Part shown: in pieces, positions 45,306 through 56,366 of the stretch
How positions within the stretch are numbered: position 1 is the first letter of the stretch
Layout: every line of letters begins with the position of its first letter
From: Klebsormidium nitens
Lineage: Eukaryota; Plantae; Klebsormidiophyceae
Direction: 5' to 3'
NCBI GenBank assembly: GCA_000708835.1
Contig: DF237409.1
Coordinates: 11,286 to 75,285, forward strand
Length of the DNA: 64,000 nucleotides
Translations under genes and position numbers: made by a program
Notes under the pieces: model-generated
What the model was told of the DNA's origin: nothing
Databases searched by the model: none
Seen by the model: only the letters and a program-made list of their open reading frames with translations

Positions 45306-48111
45306 ATGGCTGCCCCCCGCCGCAGCAGCAGCACAGCAGCGGACGCCGCCCGAGCTGATCCGGGAAGGAAGGTGACTTGCATTGACAAGGCATTGACATT
45401 CTGGTGATGCTTCATTCTGCCTTTGCTGCCTGCTCAGATAGCATCATGGAGTCAGGCTGGAAAGTGAGTGTGGGTTGATCTTTTTCATAACTTTCAAAGA
45501 GGGCGTAATTGAGCTGAGGGTCACTTGTACGATCGTTGTAGATGCTCCCTGATCAGTCAGCATGGAGCAGGACAGAATAGTACCTCCCTCTCGGACACTT
45601 TCACAGTCCCGTTGACGGAGGCCTTCCCCAATTATCAGCCATCGGCAGTGCTAACAGCCAATAAGGAAGTGAGAGAGAGACACTGATTCATATAATCGGA
45701 ACAGGTCGTCCAGGACCACAGCTCACAGTTGCCACGTATATCTGTGCAGTTCCTTTACGCCCCCCCTGCAGCCGACCCCGCCATGCGCCCCCCCCGCTCC
45801 ACCTCCTTCACTGAAATATAGACGAGCGACCCGACAGTAGGGCCCTGCGAGGAGCCTCAAGCGCAGCGGCCAGTCTAGTCGGCAGTACTCTGGACGAACG
45901 GGCGGGGCCTTCCAGGTTGGGGGATCAGAGATGGGCGGCGTCTCTGCAGAACCTAGAGGATATGGGAACGACGCTCGAGAGTTACCAGAAAGCGCTGCTG
46001 AGTAATGTGGTATATCTAGATGAGGAGGCGTATGGGAAGGGGGTTAAAGTGGCGGGGCGTGGGCGGGCAGTTCAGGTGGGGGGCTGAGCACCATTGAGTC
46101 GGACTTTCCTGTCTTGCTCTTCCTTCAAGCCCCAACTACCTTGTTGGTTCTTGAAGTTCCTGTCAGATTCCTCGTCCAACTTTGTTGCTTCTTTTGTTAG
46201 TTCTCTTGTTCCAGGGCTGCTCTTCTGCTTTGAAATCTCTTTCAGAAGGTTCCCGCTTTACCGAGCTCCTTTACTCCTTCAATAAACCGTCGTTCCAGCC
46301 ACCTTCGATAAGTGGGGATTGGTCTATTGTCTACTGTAGTTTACCTTTTTGACTGAGAAAAAGGGACACTGCAACGGCCTTGATTGATATCTGACAAAGC
46401 TCACTTTTGACAGCATTCTGACCCTTTTTGCCCAGCTGTCCACGTGTCTGCCCAGGCCTATCACCGAGATTTGATTTGTAGAGCGTTTTAGGTGCCTGAC
46501 CCCAGTGACAATGGGCGAATTCTTATCTAAGACCTGATTTGCAGAGATCCTTGATGACGGCCTGGCTGTTGTCGTTTTGATCGTGGAGTCCGAGCTGCGG
46601 TGTACGAACCTCCACTTAGCACATCTTAGAACGAACTAAAGCTCGTGTGCAGCAGCACTCTCAACTTCTTCGACTTGTGAATTCCTTTGTCGTTATGTGA
46701 CTCTTCTTTGACACGGGTATCGTCCGCAGCTTTGTGCCCGTAGTCTGATGGTAGCGTAAAAGGCACAAAATTCTGCATTCCGCTTGTCCGTGCTACAACT
46801 TTTGTTGGTTCCTTCTGCCACACAGTGATTCGACTCCACTACTTCAAACATTGTCCGGAATGTCTCATCATCCTCGCTTGTCCACCAAGAATTTCCTCTG
46901 TGTGTTCTACCGCCGAGGGCATGAAATTGAGACCCCCCAAACCGGCCCCTTTCGCAGCCTTTCCATCCGAAGTCGCACATCGAGCTCTGTCGTGAAATGC
47001 CCAGGAGAGGCGGATTCGATGGCTTGAGCGAGAACTAGACGCGTCCATCGAGGCGGCCGCGCGCTCGCGGGAGGAGAAGCGCGCTGCGGAGGTGGCGCAG
47101 CGGGCTGCAGAGGCGCGGGTGAAGGAGTTCCTGGAGGAGCCGGAAAACACGACGAGTGAGTCGGATACCAAGGCGCTGATTTGATAATCTTGTGGCGTTT
47201 TCTTTTCAAAGAAGTACAGTTGTTGAGCTTCTGGTGTTCACTAAGCAAGAAACTACGTCTGGCGAGCTTATGATGTCCACAGAGCATGACACCACGTTCG
47301 ATGAGCTTTTCTCCGTCGTGAACTACAGCTGTTAAGCTTATGGTATTTTCAAGATTCATACAAGTACATTGTTCAGCTGCAACAGTCGTACAGCGGATTC
47401 CACTTACCCAAACCGACCTCGTCTTCAGAGTGACGAGTATCCGTGACACAAGCTGGTGCAACAGTTACAAGAGCGGGCAGAATCGTCAGCCGAAGGGTTC
47501 TTGAAGCTGGATCTGGTTTGGCAGGGTGACGTTCTGCGCTTCTTAGTTGTGCGCTTCTTAGTTTCGAATCAGATTCTGCATCTGACTGAGAAGACCAAAG
47601 CTGATGCACTTGACCAGCTTCACACGCACCTGCGGGCAGCACAGTGCAGCATTTCTTAATTTGAGCCCCTCTTTGTCAATTTGTCATGCTTCTTCGATTG
47701 ATGCATGCTTTGGGCAACAAACCGGATTAAGAGCAGATTCGTCATTTCAAAGTGAGACCGCGGTTAATGGGCATTCTGCATCGTGCGTTCCTTTGGGCCC
47801 TGATTAACTGGGCTTTTGAAAACAGAACCTTTTGAATCTGGCCCATGCTGCTTGGGTGGACGTAGTACGGCCGCCCTGATGGCGGACCACTGTAATTTCC
47901 GACTGAACCGGTAGATTTCAAAAATAAACACGCCGTTGACGTGGCTTTGGGTGCAGGGGTGTTCAAGCTCCACGCGGAAGACCTGCAGCTGAAGGAAGCG
48001 CAGCTGAAAAAGAAGGACGACGAGATTCGGGTGCTGCAGGTGATCATAAGCACCATGAGCAATTCTCCGAAACAGAAACAATCAAGAGTTGGCGTGCATC
48101 CGAATCTGTAA
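45306..48111 (+). pseudogene. Degenerate copy A of the four-exon coiled-coil gene
   Basis: Paralog of 58136-60872. Exon 2 carries a frameshift and an in-frame TAG at 45819-45821 (ACT GAA ATA TAG vs ACT GAT TTC AAA GAC). The exon 3 acceptor is lost (gtgaaat|GCC vs cgtgcag|GCC, near 46998). Confidence 0.8.
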
Positions 48112-48927
48112 ATGAAAACTGATATGCTCTGGGGGATGAGTGGTCCTTGTCAGCGGAATGTGCGATGTCGTCCGCGCGTTTTGCTGACGTGGCCCGTTGT
48201 AGAGATTCGCACGTTCATTGCGTGAAGCTCGCTCGTAATGATGGGAGGAAGCGGAGAGGAAGCGGTCTCCATGCTCTTAAACAATGTGAACATAGACGTA
48301 CGTTTTGATCAATCAGCTTTGCAATATCTATGGGCGCCTCCCGATCAGCTGATTGTCAAACTTAAGCCTGAAGTGAAAGAGACTCCGTTCGCCAAGCGCA
48401 CCAAGGAGCTAGAGAAAATGCAGTGCTCTAGCTGCTTCGAGCATACCCTATACTTTGGTTGCATGGTGGCCATGCTTCAGCTTCTTTTGCCACAATTCCT
48501 GCATGTGTGCAGCTATACAATTTACAAGGCCTAAGCCCTACTCAAGCTCGAAGCGACACTGAGTAGGCTTTCAAGTTCAAGTGGCGCTACGGTTTTTAAT
48601 CACACTCAACCGTCAGTTACAGTATACCTATAAGTGGTACGATATATGAATGTTACACAACAGTACTAACCTATATGCATTCTAGCATAAACATCCGGAC
48701 ATTATACAGTGATGTTTCTACGTACATGGGCGCGTCACCGCAGTGTTATCAAAGTTGGTAGCATCAGCTTGTGAACTGCATTGCAAATTGCTGTGCGGGT
48801 CTAAAGCAGTGACGCAATTGCCCGGCCTAGCTACCGGTTCAGATCTTTGATGTTGTCGAGCTAGATCCTCAAATTGTCGCCCATGGTGCGCCCATGTCAG
48901 TGCGCATGTCGCGACACCAGCAACCTG

Positions 48928-51260
48928 CTACGCGATGACACCGAACTGTAGGATCACAAGCAGCCCCAACAGAAGCAGCATCATGGCACCTGCAAAAAAA
49001 AAAATATGCGGCGGGGGTCGAACGTTGACTGACAATATCATTCCTGCCGGTAGGTCGTTCAACTCATATGGGACTCATATATATCAATGATGCATCAGCG
49101 GGCCTGACAAGGACCTATGACTCATTCTAAGTTAATGTCAATGCATTGAAAGATCAAAAAGACATGTTTCTCGCCGGACCATGGCATATAGCCCCACGGG
49201 AGCCCCATGCTGAGGCAAAGACTGGGAATCAACCCCTTCCGACCAATCAACGATAAAAACATAAATCAACCTCAAAACGATCATGGCCAGTTCGCTTTTT
49301 CTCCTTAGATCAAGCATCTGCAAAGTATCAATGCCCACCGGCCTATAGGCAACCAAATCTTTCAAGGTAAGGCCTCAACCGTTATACTCGAATTGCTAAA
49401 GACTGGGCTTCTCTGGTCTGACAGAAAGCAGTGATCACCTGAAGTCCCGGCGCTAGCGCTGGACGGTGGCGGTACAAAGGCTGAAGTGGTTGCGGAAACA
49501 CTTGCACCTGCAGAGACGTAAACGATTAAATCATTTTTGGAGCGAACATGGTTCCCACAATATCAACCGAGGACTCGCGTTGTATTAGCAGCGTCTGAGG
49601 CTCCACGTAAAACCGGCCTCTCTACCGAGCATATATTGGAATCATATCAGAATGTTGAGATTTCGACCGACTTACTCGGACTCCAACAATATAGCGTTTC
49701 TGTTTTCGTAGGAACTTAGATCACCTGAATTCCTGGGGCTCTGAGCGACGGAGGTCGGCGGGGCAAACGCTGGACTGGTTGCTGAAAGATTTGCACCTGC
49801 AGAATCCGACAAGACGATTAGCACTATGCTTGGAGCGTGCACAGTTCCCACAACTATCAATGCAACTGGGCACTTCCTGTTGTGTCAGCAGCATGTGGAG
49901 CTCCGTCAAGCCCCCTCTATCAACCATATATACACTGCCGTTTGAACGCAAAATGCTGAGGTTACAACCGCCCTTGCTCCTCAGACAGCTGTGACATGCT
50001 TCCATTCATGTCCCCTTCCGCTCTTTGCAAGTGACCTGCCAGCATCGTAAAGCTTGCATCATTAGTTGAAGGAAGAATGGTTGGTGTATGTGTACGGTTC
50101 AGAAGAGCATTCACAACGAACAATCTGCTGCCGTAATCACATACCAGCAGGCGTCGTGGGAGCTGTGGGGCCTGTGCCAAAAGATGTAGACAGGGCCGGT
50201 GACGGTGCCACTGGGGTTGGTAGTGGGGCCGTGAAATTAAAGCCCGTGAGGGTGTTCGCCAAAGACGGTCCAGCGGCTCTTGGAGCAGAAGGTGGTGAAG
50301 CTGGGGGAGCTAAGTTGAGAGTGGATGTAGGGGGGCTGGAAGGACGACTCGACGCTGTTGACGTTGGGGGAGATCTGGGACTTGACGCTATTGTTGAAGT
50401 TGGGGGGGATCTGGGGGGGGAAGAGGCCCCGCTGGAAGTTGGAGGGCCCGCTGCAGAGACATGACATGCGAGAGCTATGCCCGAGGGTTCCTTGCACCCG
50501 TTCTCGCAAATAAGTATATGTTGCTAGCAAGACAATCAAGTAGGACTGGGCATGCAAGTATCAAGCATCATGGGCCACCGATTGTTCTTTTCGTTTTGTG
50601 TGTGTAATTGAACAGAACCGAGTGAAGCACGCAGCTAAACATCCTAGTAGTCATTCCGACTACTATATCACCTACTCACAAAGTTGTAGTATTGAGCATC
50701 AGGCAGCTGGCAAACTTCCGCCCTTTAAATTTTCAAGACATTGTTTTGCTTGGACAGAATCAAAACTTACCAACTTCAGTATCCGAGTGTTACAACAATC
50801 GGTAAGACACGCTCAATGATCAGCACCACCTCAGTCAGATGCAAGTAGTCGGATACAGAAAAGAAAAACACTGCAGGCGAGTGGAATTTGCGCCAGACCG
50901 ACAGGGTGTAACGTACACAATGTAGCTTGTAAGAGGGCCAAAAGAGTGCTCACTGCCGCAGGACCTGGCGTCCGCACTGCAGGTAGGATCAGAGCACACC
51001 ATCCTTTGTTGCGCCGATGCGCTTGCCCTGCAAGACTGGGAGCACGATACTGTACCAAAGCCGCTTGTGGTGGAGGAGCAACCAGATGCACAGCTAGACA
51101 GTCTGTTGCTTATGTCGGTGATGGCCTGGCGGCATGCTTCTGCGGAACTGTATTGCGCCCAAACCTGAGCCACGCCATAGTGAATTGTCAGCACTGCAAA
51201 AGCTAGACGCAGAGAGAACATCGCTCTCTTGTGGACGGGCGCCATCACAGAAACTGCCAT
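48928..51260 (-). CDS. Putative GPI-anchored surface glycoprotein, copy A: signal peptide, 8-Cys domain, Pro/Ser/Thr stalk, hydrophobic tail
   Basis: Exons 51260-50954, 50450-50145, 49796-49725, 49507-49439 and 48989-48928 all join in phase 1 with GT-AG ends. The protein ends ...SSASAGTS-GAMMLLLLGLLVILQFGVIA*. The start could also be Met at 51245 or 51221. Confidence 0.78.
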
Positions 51261-51697
51261 GGCAGACGTTGCCGAAAGTACGAGGAAGAGGAGGCCAGCA
51301 AGATTTAAGGACTTTGTATTTATATAGTGCCAGTCGGAGACTCAGAGGCTTTTGCTGTCTCCTGCACATTTGGTTTGGTACTCCGCTCTTCTTAGTTCTG
51401 CGTACCGTCATTCTCTTTGAGTGATTCTAAGCGGTCTTCCTTTGATAAGGCCAAATGCTAGATATGACTAGTACTCCACTATCACCACTAGCTAAGGACC
51501 AAGAAGACCCTCAGAACGTGATCATGATGAGGAACGAAGGAACTCCCTGGGAAACTCGGCAGTTCTCTCCGCAGTTCCTGGAGTGATCAGTGGCACGCAC
51601 TTCTGCGGCGGCATGTTCAGTGACGTGCCGTGGCAGTCCAGCACCGCAGTCCTCCGGTTGCTCAGCCTAGTCAACCTCCCGACCAGCTGACAAAGTA

Positions 51698-52588
51698 GTA
51701 CTAGTGATAAGATTTAACCTAGTCTCGAGTCCGAGAGGCTTACCGTGATTGGCTGAGCTACTGCTACCTTTAGTACGTATAACCGGTACATAGCTAGATA
51801 CGGTATACCGGTATGCGTACAGGTGGCGTACAGTGGCCCAAACCCGGTACGTGGCCACTGGGCGCGGCTGGGGCCGGCTTGTTGCAAAGTGGCCCGTACG
51901 TACCACGTGGGTTGAAGCGGACAACCGGGAATTCCGTACCGATATTAATGCTACGTTACACAGTACCGTACAGTCGAGTACATGTGTGCACCGTGCGGCG
52001 CGCCGAGTTGTAAATGACAACATGCCGGCGTTCCGACTCGGGGAGTGCTCAGTGCTGCACAGGAGTCAATCCGACTCAGCAGCCTCGGAGTTTCCCACGG
52101 AGTCCCGTCCCGGCCTGCCAGGCCCCCCCGGTTAATTCGGCTTGGTACCTAGTCAGCATCTGGCCGGGCCCTGGGTCCGATCAGCATCCGGGCCCCGGCC
52201 GGCTGGGCCTACCTTGCTACCAAATTTCGATCAAGCAAGCTAGTGTTTAACGCCTGCCTTTTCTGCCGCGGCCACTTTTCCGGCCGGCCGGCATGGGTGA
52301 TAAGCGTCGGCAGTGCTCGGCACCCGCCGGGGTCCCTTCAAACTCGGTTCAAGTTGTCGGCCCATACCATGATACTACCGTACCTATACTGGTGTCCTCA
52401 ACTTGAGAGGTGACCGGGTGGTGACCGGGCCCGGGGGCACGCCCCCGGGTGAGCAGTAAAGAGTAGCAATTGCTAGTGAGCCGCCTGCACTGAGCAGTGA
52501 GCACCATGGTTTCCCACGGCCGGGCCGGTAAGAGCTGAGAACTCATCCAAGTCCGCAGTACCGGTACTGCGTACACGTACTTCCGTAC
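51698..52588. other. GTAC- and CCGG-rich palindromic non-coding block (regulatory cluster or non-autonomous transposon)
   Basis: 19 GTAC counted by hand in about 890 bp. Hairpins at 52430-52449 (CCCGGGGGC-AC-GCCCCCGGG) and 52555-52570 (GCAGTACCGGTACTGC). Confidence 0.6.
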
Positions 52589-53015
52589 GGTCGAGGCCCC
52601 AAAATGCGGGGCGAACCACTGACCGGACTCACCGGTGACCGGAGTCGATGTCAGACATCGACAACAGGAAGCCCGCTTTCGCCACCTGGCACCCAGGCCG
52701 CAAAAGCTGCAAGCCCGGTTGGAAATCACCGTCGCGAAGTTGCAGTCTGCCAGTGCAGCGGCAGACGTACAGCGTCACAACAGCTTCAGATCGAGGAGAC
52801 GGGGAGATTTGCGTGGCTACTAGATAGATTCCGAGGGGCTGCTCTACTACTGGGTAGGTAGGTCTCCGACAAAGCATTTGAAGCATTGGGAGCAGAGCTG
52901 ACGTTATAGCCATATTAGGCTGAAGACGTCTGAGACGGAAAGGGATCATGAGATCATGTCTTTGGGTCAAGAGCACTAACAATCTGGTTGCGGAGCTTGA
53001 AGGTGTCTGAGATTT

Positions 53016-53274
53016 CATGCACGCTGTGAGAAAATGAGAAAGCCTTTGTCCGAATCCGGTCCGCCGAGCTGGAGGCGCAGAAGGTCAGACCGGGCTCGGA
53101 CCAAGGCCGGACTGATTCGGACATGATTCGAACAGAATTCGGACTGGGTTTCGAAGCATGCGGGACCTGCAAAGCCCTGCTTGGACCGACAGGGTTCGGA
53201 CGAAATTGCAACAAAGGTCGGACCTGAGCCGGAACGGAAAAGTCGTCCGAATAGGGATTTTTCCAACATGCATG
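53016..53274. mobile_element. Possible MITE-like element
   Basis: Imperfect inverted ends CATGCACGCTGTGAGAAAAT and ATTTTTCCAACATGCATG flank 7 copies of TCGGAC/GTCCGA. No target-site duplication was found. Confidence 0.25.
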
Positions 53275-53590
53275 TGCCGGACATTCTCTGCTGTCTGCAG
53301 GGGCTGTCCAAACGAGGTCCCATGCATGTCAAATGAATAGACACTGGACGGCACAGCCAATACTCCTTCCTGGGCTATACCGCGCTGCTGGTATAGGTCA
53401 ATCGTGGTTAACCGTGAAAGAAGTTGCGTCTGCTGCAACAAGTTCGATGTGCTGGGGAGCATTCATCTTGGCAGCTGAATGGCGAGAAAGGAGCTTCGGC
53501 AAAGTGGATTGATAAATGCCTTTGCCCAAGATTTGCAGGGTGCTTCTTGAGTTCAGTTTCTCTGCTTAGGGTGACATTGAGCGGCCCTGG

Positions 53591-56366
53591 CGCACCGACA
53601 CCCCAAAAGGAACCAGCGTTTCATCTAGCACTTCGACCCCTTCCAGCACTGACAGCCCCTCAAGAACGAACAACGGATACCCCGTCTAGCACTTCCACCC
53701 CCTCAGAAACAAACACCCCCTCGGCAACGATTATCCCCTCTGGCACCGGCACCCCCTCTAGCACTTCGACCCCTTCGGGCACTTCGACCCCCTCGGGCAC
53801 GAACACCCCTTCAGGAACCAACACCCCCTCAGGCACTTCCACCCCCTCGGGAACCAGCGCTCCCTCCGGCACAACCGCCCCCCCCGCCAAGACCACAGCC
53901 CCCCCGGTCAAGACCACGGCCCCCACCCCCCAGACCACCAAGAACGGCCCCATCGGGAGCCCCCCCGACTTCGGCTCCCCCGCCGGCGAGCCCACCAACT
54001 CAACCCTCGCGCCGGTCCCTACCAAAACCCTGACCGGCACCCACACCCCGACCGCGACCCCCAAGGCAACTACGGTACCGAGCGCAACCACCAAGCCTGG
54101 TTCCAACACCCCGGGATCTGCCACCCCCGCTCCCAGCGCCACTAACTCCCCAATAGCGACCCCCGTTTCGACCACCCCCGGCGCAACCCCGGTCACAGTC
54201 CCGACCGTTACGATGGCCACCAGGCCCCCGGTTCAGACCCCCGGGCCGACGACTCCGTGCGCCAACGTCGCCCCTGGTGCCACCCCCGTCCCGACCACTC
54301 CCGGCGGTACACCGGTCACGGCTCCCACCGTCACAATGGCAACGAATCCCCCGGTTCAGACCCCTGGCCGGCCCAACACCCCGACCGGAACGAACACCCG
54401 ACCGGAACGAACACCCCGAGCGGAACTAACACCCCCACCACCCCCGGTGCTCCTCAGCCGGCGCCCACCCCCCAGGCGGCTTTCCACGGAACGCCCAGCG
54501 GAAACGGGTCGACCCCGGGGACCCACGTGCCGCCGAGCGACGGACGCCCCGAGCCCTGCACGTCTGGGAACGGCACGAGCTCCTCAGCCAAGGGCGATCG
54601 TGAGTTGAATCAGCCTGTTTTACTGACCGTTGAGAGGTTTTGAGGTGGGATTGGAAGCTAGGGACCTCTGCTTTTTGCATACGAGAGAGCGTGCAGAGTT
54701 CGAATTCTGCAGGGATTGTTTCCGATTAAGGTTTGCAGGAAAGGGTTCTTCTGCACTTCTTCGTCGAGTTACTTGCGATGTCAAAGAAACGCTTTCCGGA
54801 CCACACGACAAAGCAAGCTCTCACGGAAGGTCAACAAAAGACCTTTTGAGGTTCAGCAGTCTCGCCAAGTCTGGTACAAAACCGAACATCTGACTGACGA
54901 CTCTCTTCGAATCGTGCAGCTCACTTCGTCGGCAAGCACGGCGAGAAGTTCGATTTCAACGGCGAGCCCGGCCAGTCGTACTGCCTGATCGCCGACAAGA
55001 AGATCCACATCAACATGCACGTCTTCGGCGGCAGGAGAGAGGGCACCACGGTTAGTGCTTACCCGCTTTCCTAGCCGCCACTCGTACTGGCACAGGTTTG
55101 AGAGTTAGCATTGATAATGTCTAGGAAGATTGCTCGACATTTGCTATCGCTTTCCACAGGATGACACCGTTGCATCATCTCTGGAACTTAAGACTCTCTG
55201 CCCAAACCGCGTTCTCAGATCCGAAAGGGAAATTCTCCCGAGAGTTCCATCAATCGCCCTCATCCTCATCTTTCTATCAGAACACGAACCAACACAGCCC
55301 GTTCTCGAAACTCGCCAAAAGACCTTACAGCACTCACCTGAACCCCAGCTAACCCTTCCTTAACCCTCCCCGCAGTACATCGACGAAGTCGGCATCCTGT
55401 ACAAGGACACCGAAATCTACGTCGCTGCCAAGTCCGCTGAGGGAACCAAGTGGCGCGACTTCCAGGGCGATGTTTCCGTCAACGGAATTGAGCTCCCCGC
55501 TTCCGATGTCGACATGACCGTCGAGAATGTCGCCATCTCCCGCAACAGGACGTCGGTGCGCGTGACCGCCCCCGGCTGGTTCGACATCACGATGGACATC
55601 ACGCGCGCGAGCTTCTGGCAGAACGGCCCCGGAGCAAACTTCGTAAGTTGACGCCCTACTTCTCTTCAGCTGTCTTGGAGTCCGTACTTAGCAACGGTCC
55701 TGTGTCTCTTTCCCTATCTTTGTAAACAATTTTTCATTGAGGGGAGTGCTAGAAGACAGATAACTTCATGTTGGCTCAAGAAATTGAATCCAAAGAGTTA
55801 AGAATATCCTGAGCGAGCTTGTTTGTTTTCTCTGACTAGGGCTTTGTAAAAGGTCTGCTTATACTCCTCAAACGAGCACAAACGTTTTCCCTCAGAACCT
55901 CACCTCTTTTCACAACCCCAGCTTCGAGATCCAAAATCCCGTGACAGAGTCCTGAAAGAGACTCTCGATTCCTGGAACCCTCAAATAATCACTCACCCGC
56001 TCTTCTTTTACCCCCCCGCAGGTCAACTTCAAGGTCTCCCAGCTGCGCGTGACCCCCACCGTGCACGGGGTGCTCGGACAGACCTACCGCGAGAGCGACG
56101 CACGTACAAGAAGATGGCGCGCGCCGAGGTGTCAGCCGTGTCCGGCAACGGCCTCCCGGCATTCATGGACGGGTCCGAGGAGGACTACGAAACGAGCGGG
56201 ATCATGAAGCGCGGACTGCAAGTTCGGCAAGTTCCAGATGGTCAGCCAGGTGGAGAAGAAGACCAACAGTTCGGGGGGGAGGAGACTGCTGGCGGCCGAG
56301 GGGGAGGATAAGATGGTCGTCGATGCCGGCTGCGTTGGATTTGGGAACGAGGTGCGGTGCGAGTAA
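53591..56366 (+). pseudogene. 5'-truncated copy B of the mucin-like root-cap gene
   Basis: Exons ...-54599, 54920-55050, 55376-55642 and 56022-56366 parallel copy A. No signal-peptide, Kazal or SP exons are present. There are 1-nt indels near 53660, 54398, 56100 and 56207, several of them in homopolymers. Confidence 0.65.

Larger units (their letters stand above)
40740..51100. repeat. Tandem segmental duplication, unit A (homologous part)
   Basis: Colinear homology to 53591-64000 at a near-constant offset of about 12.8-12.9 kb: stop codons 43517/56366, ATGs 45306/58136, exon ends 50954/63859. Confidence 0.92.

Noticed and set aside
52430-52477. GC hairpin followed by CTAG|T as a possible Helitron 3' end
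   Set aside because: The 23-nt spacing is longer than typical, no matching 5' A|TC end could be defined, and no Rep/helicase remnant is present.
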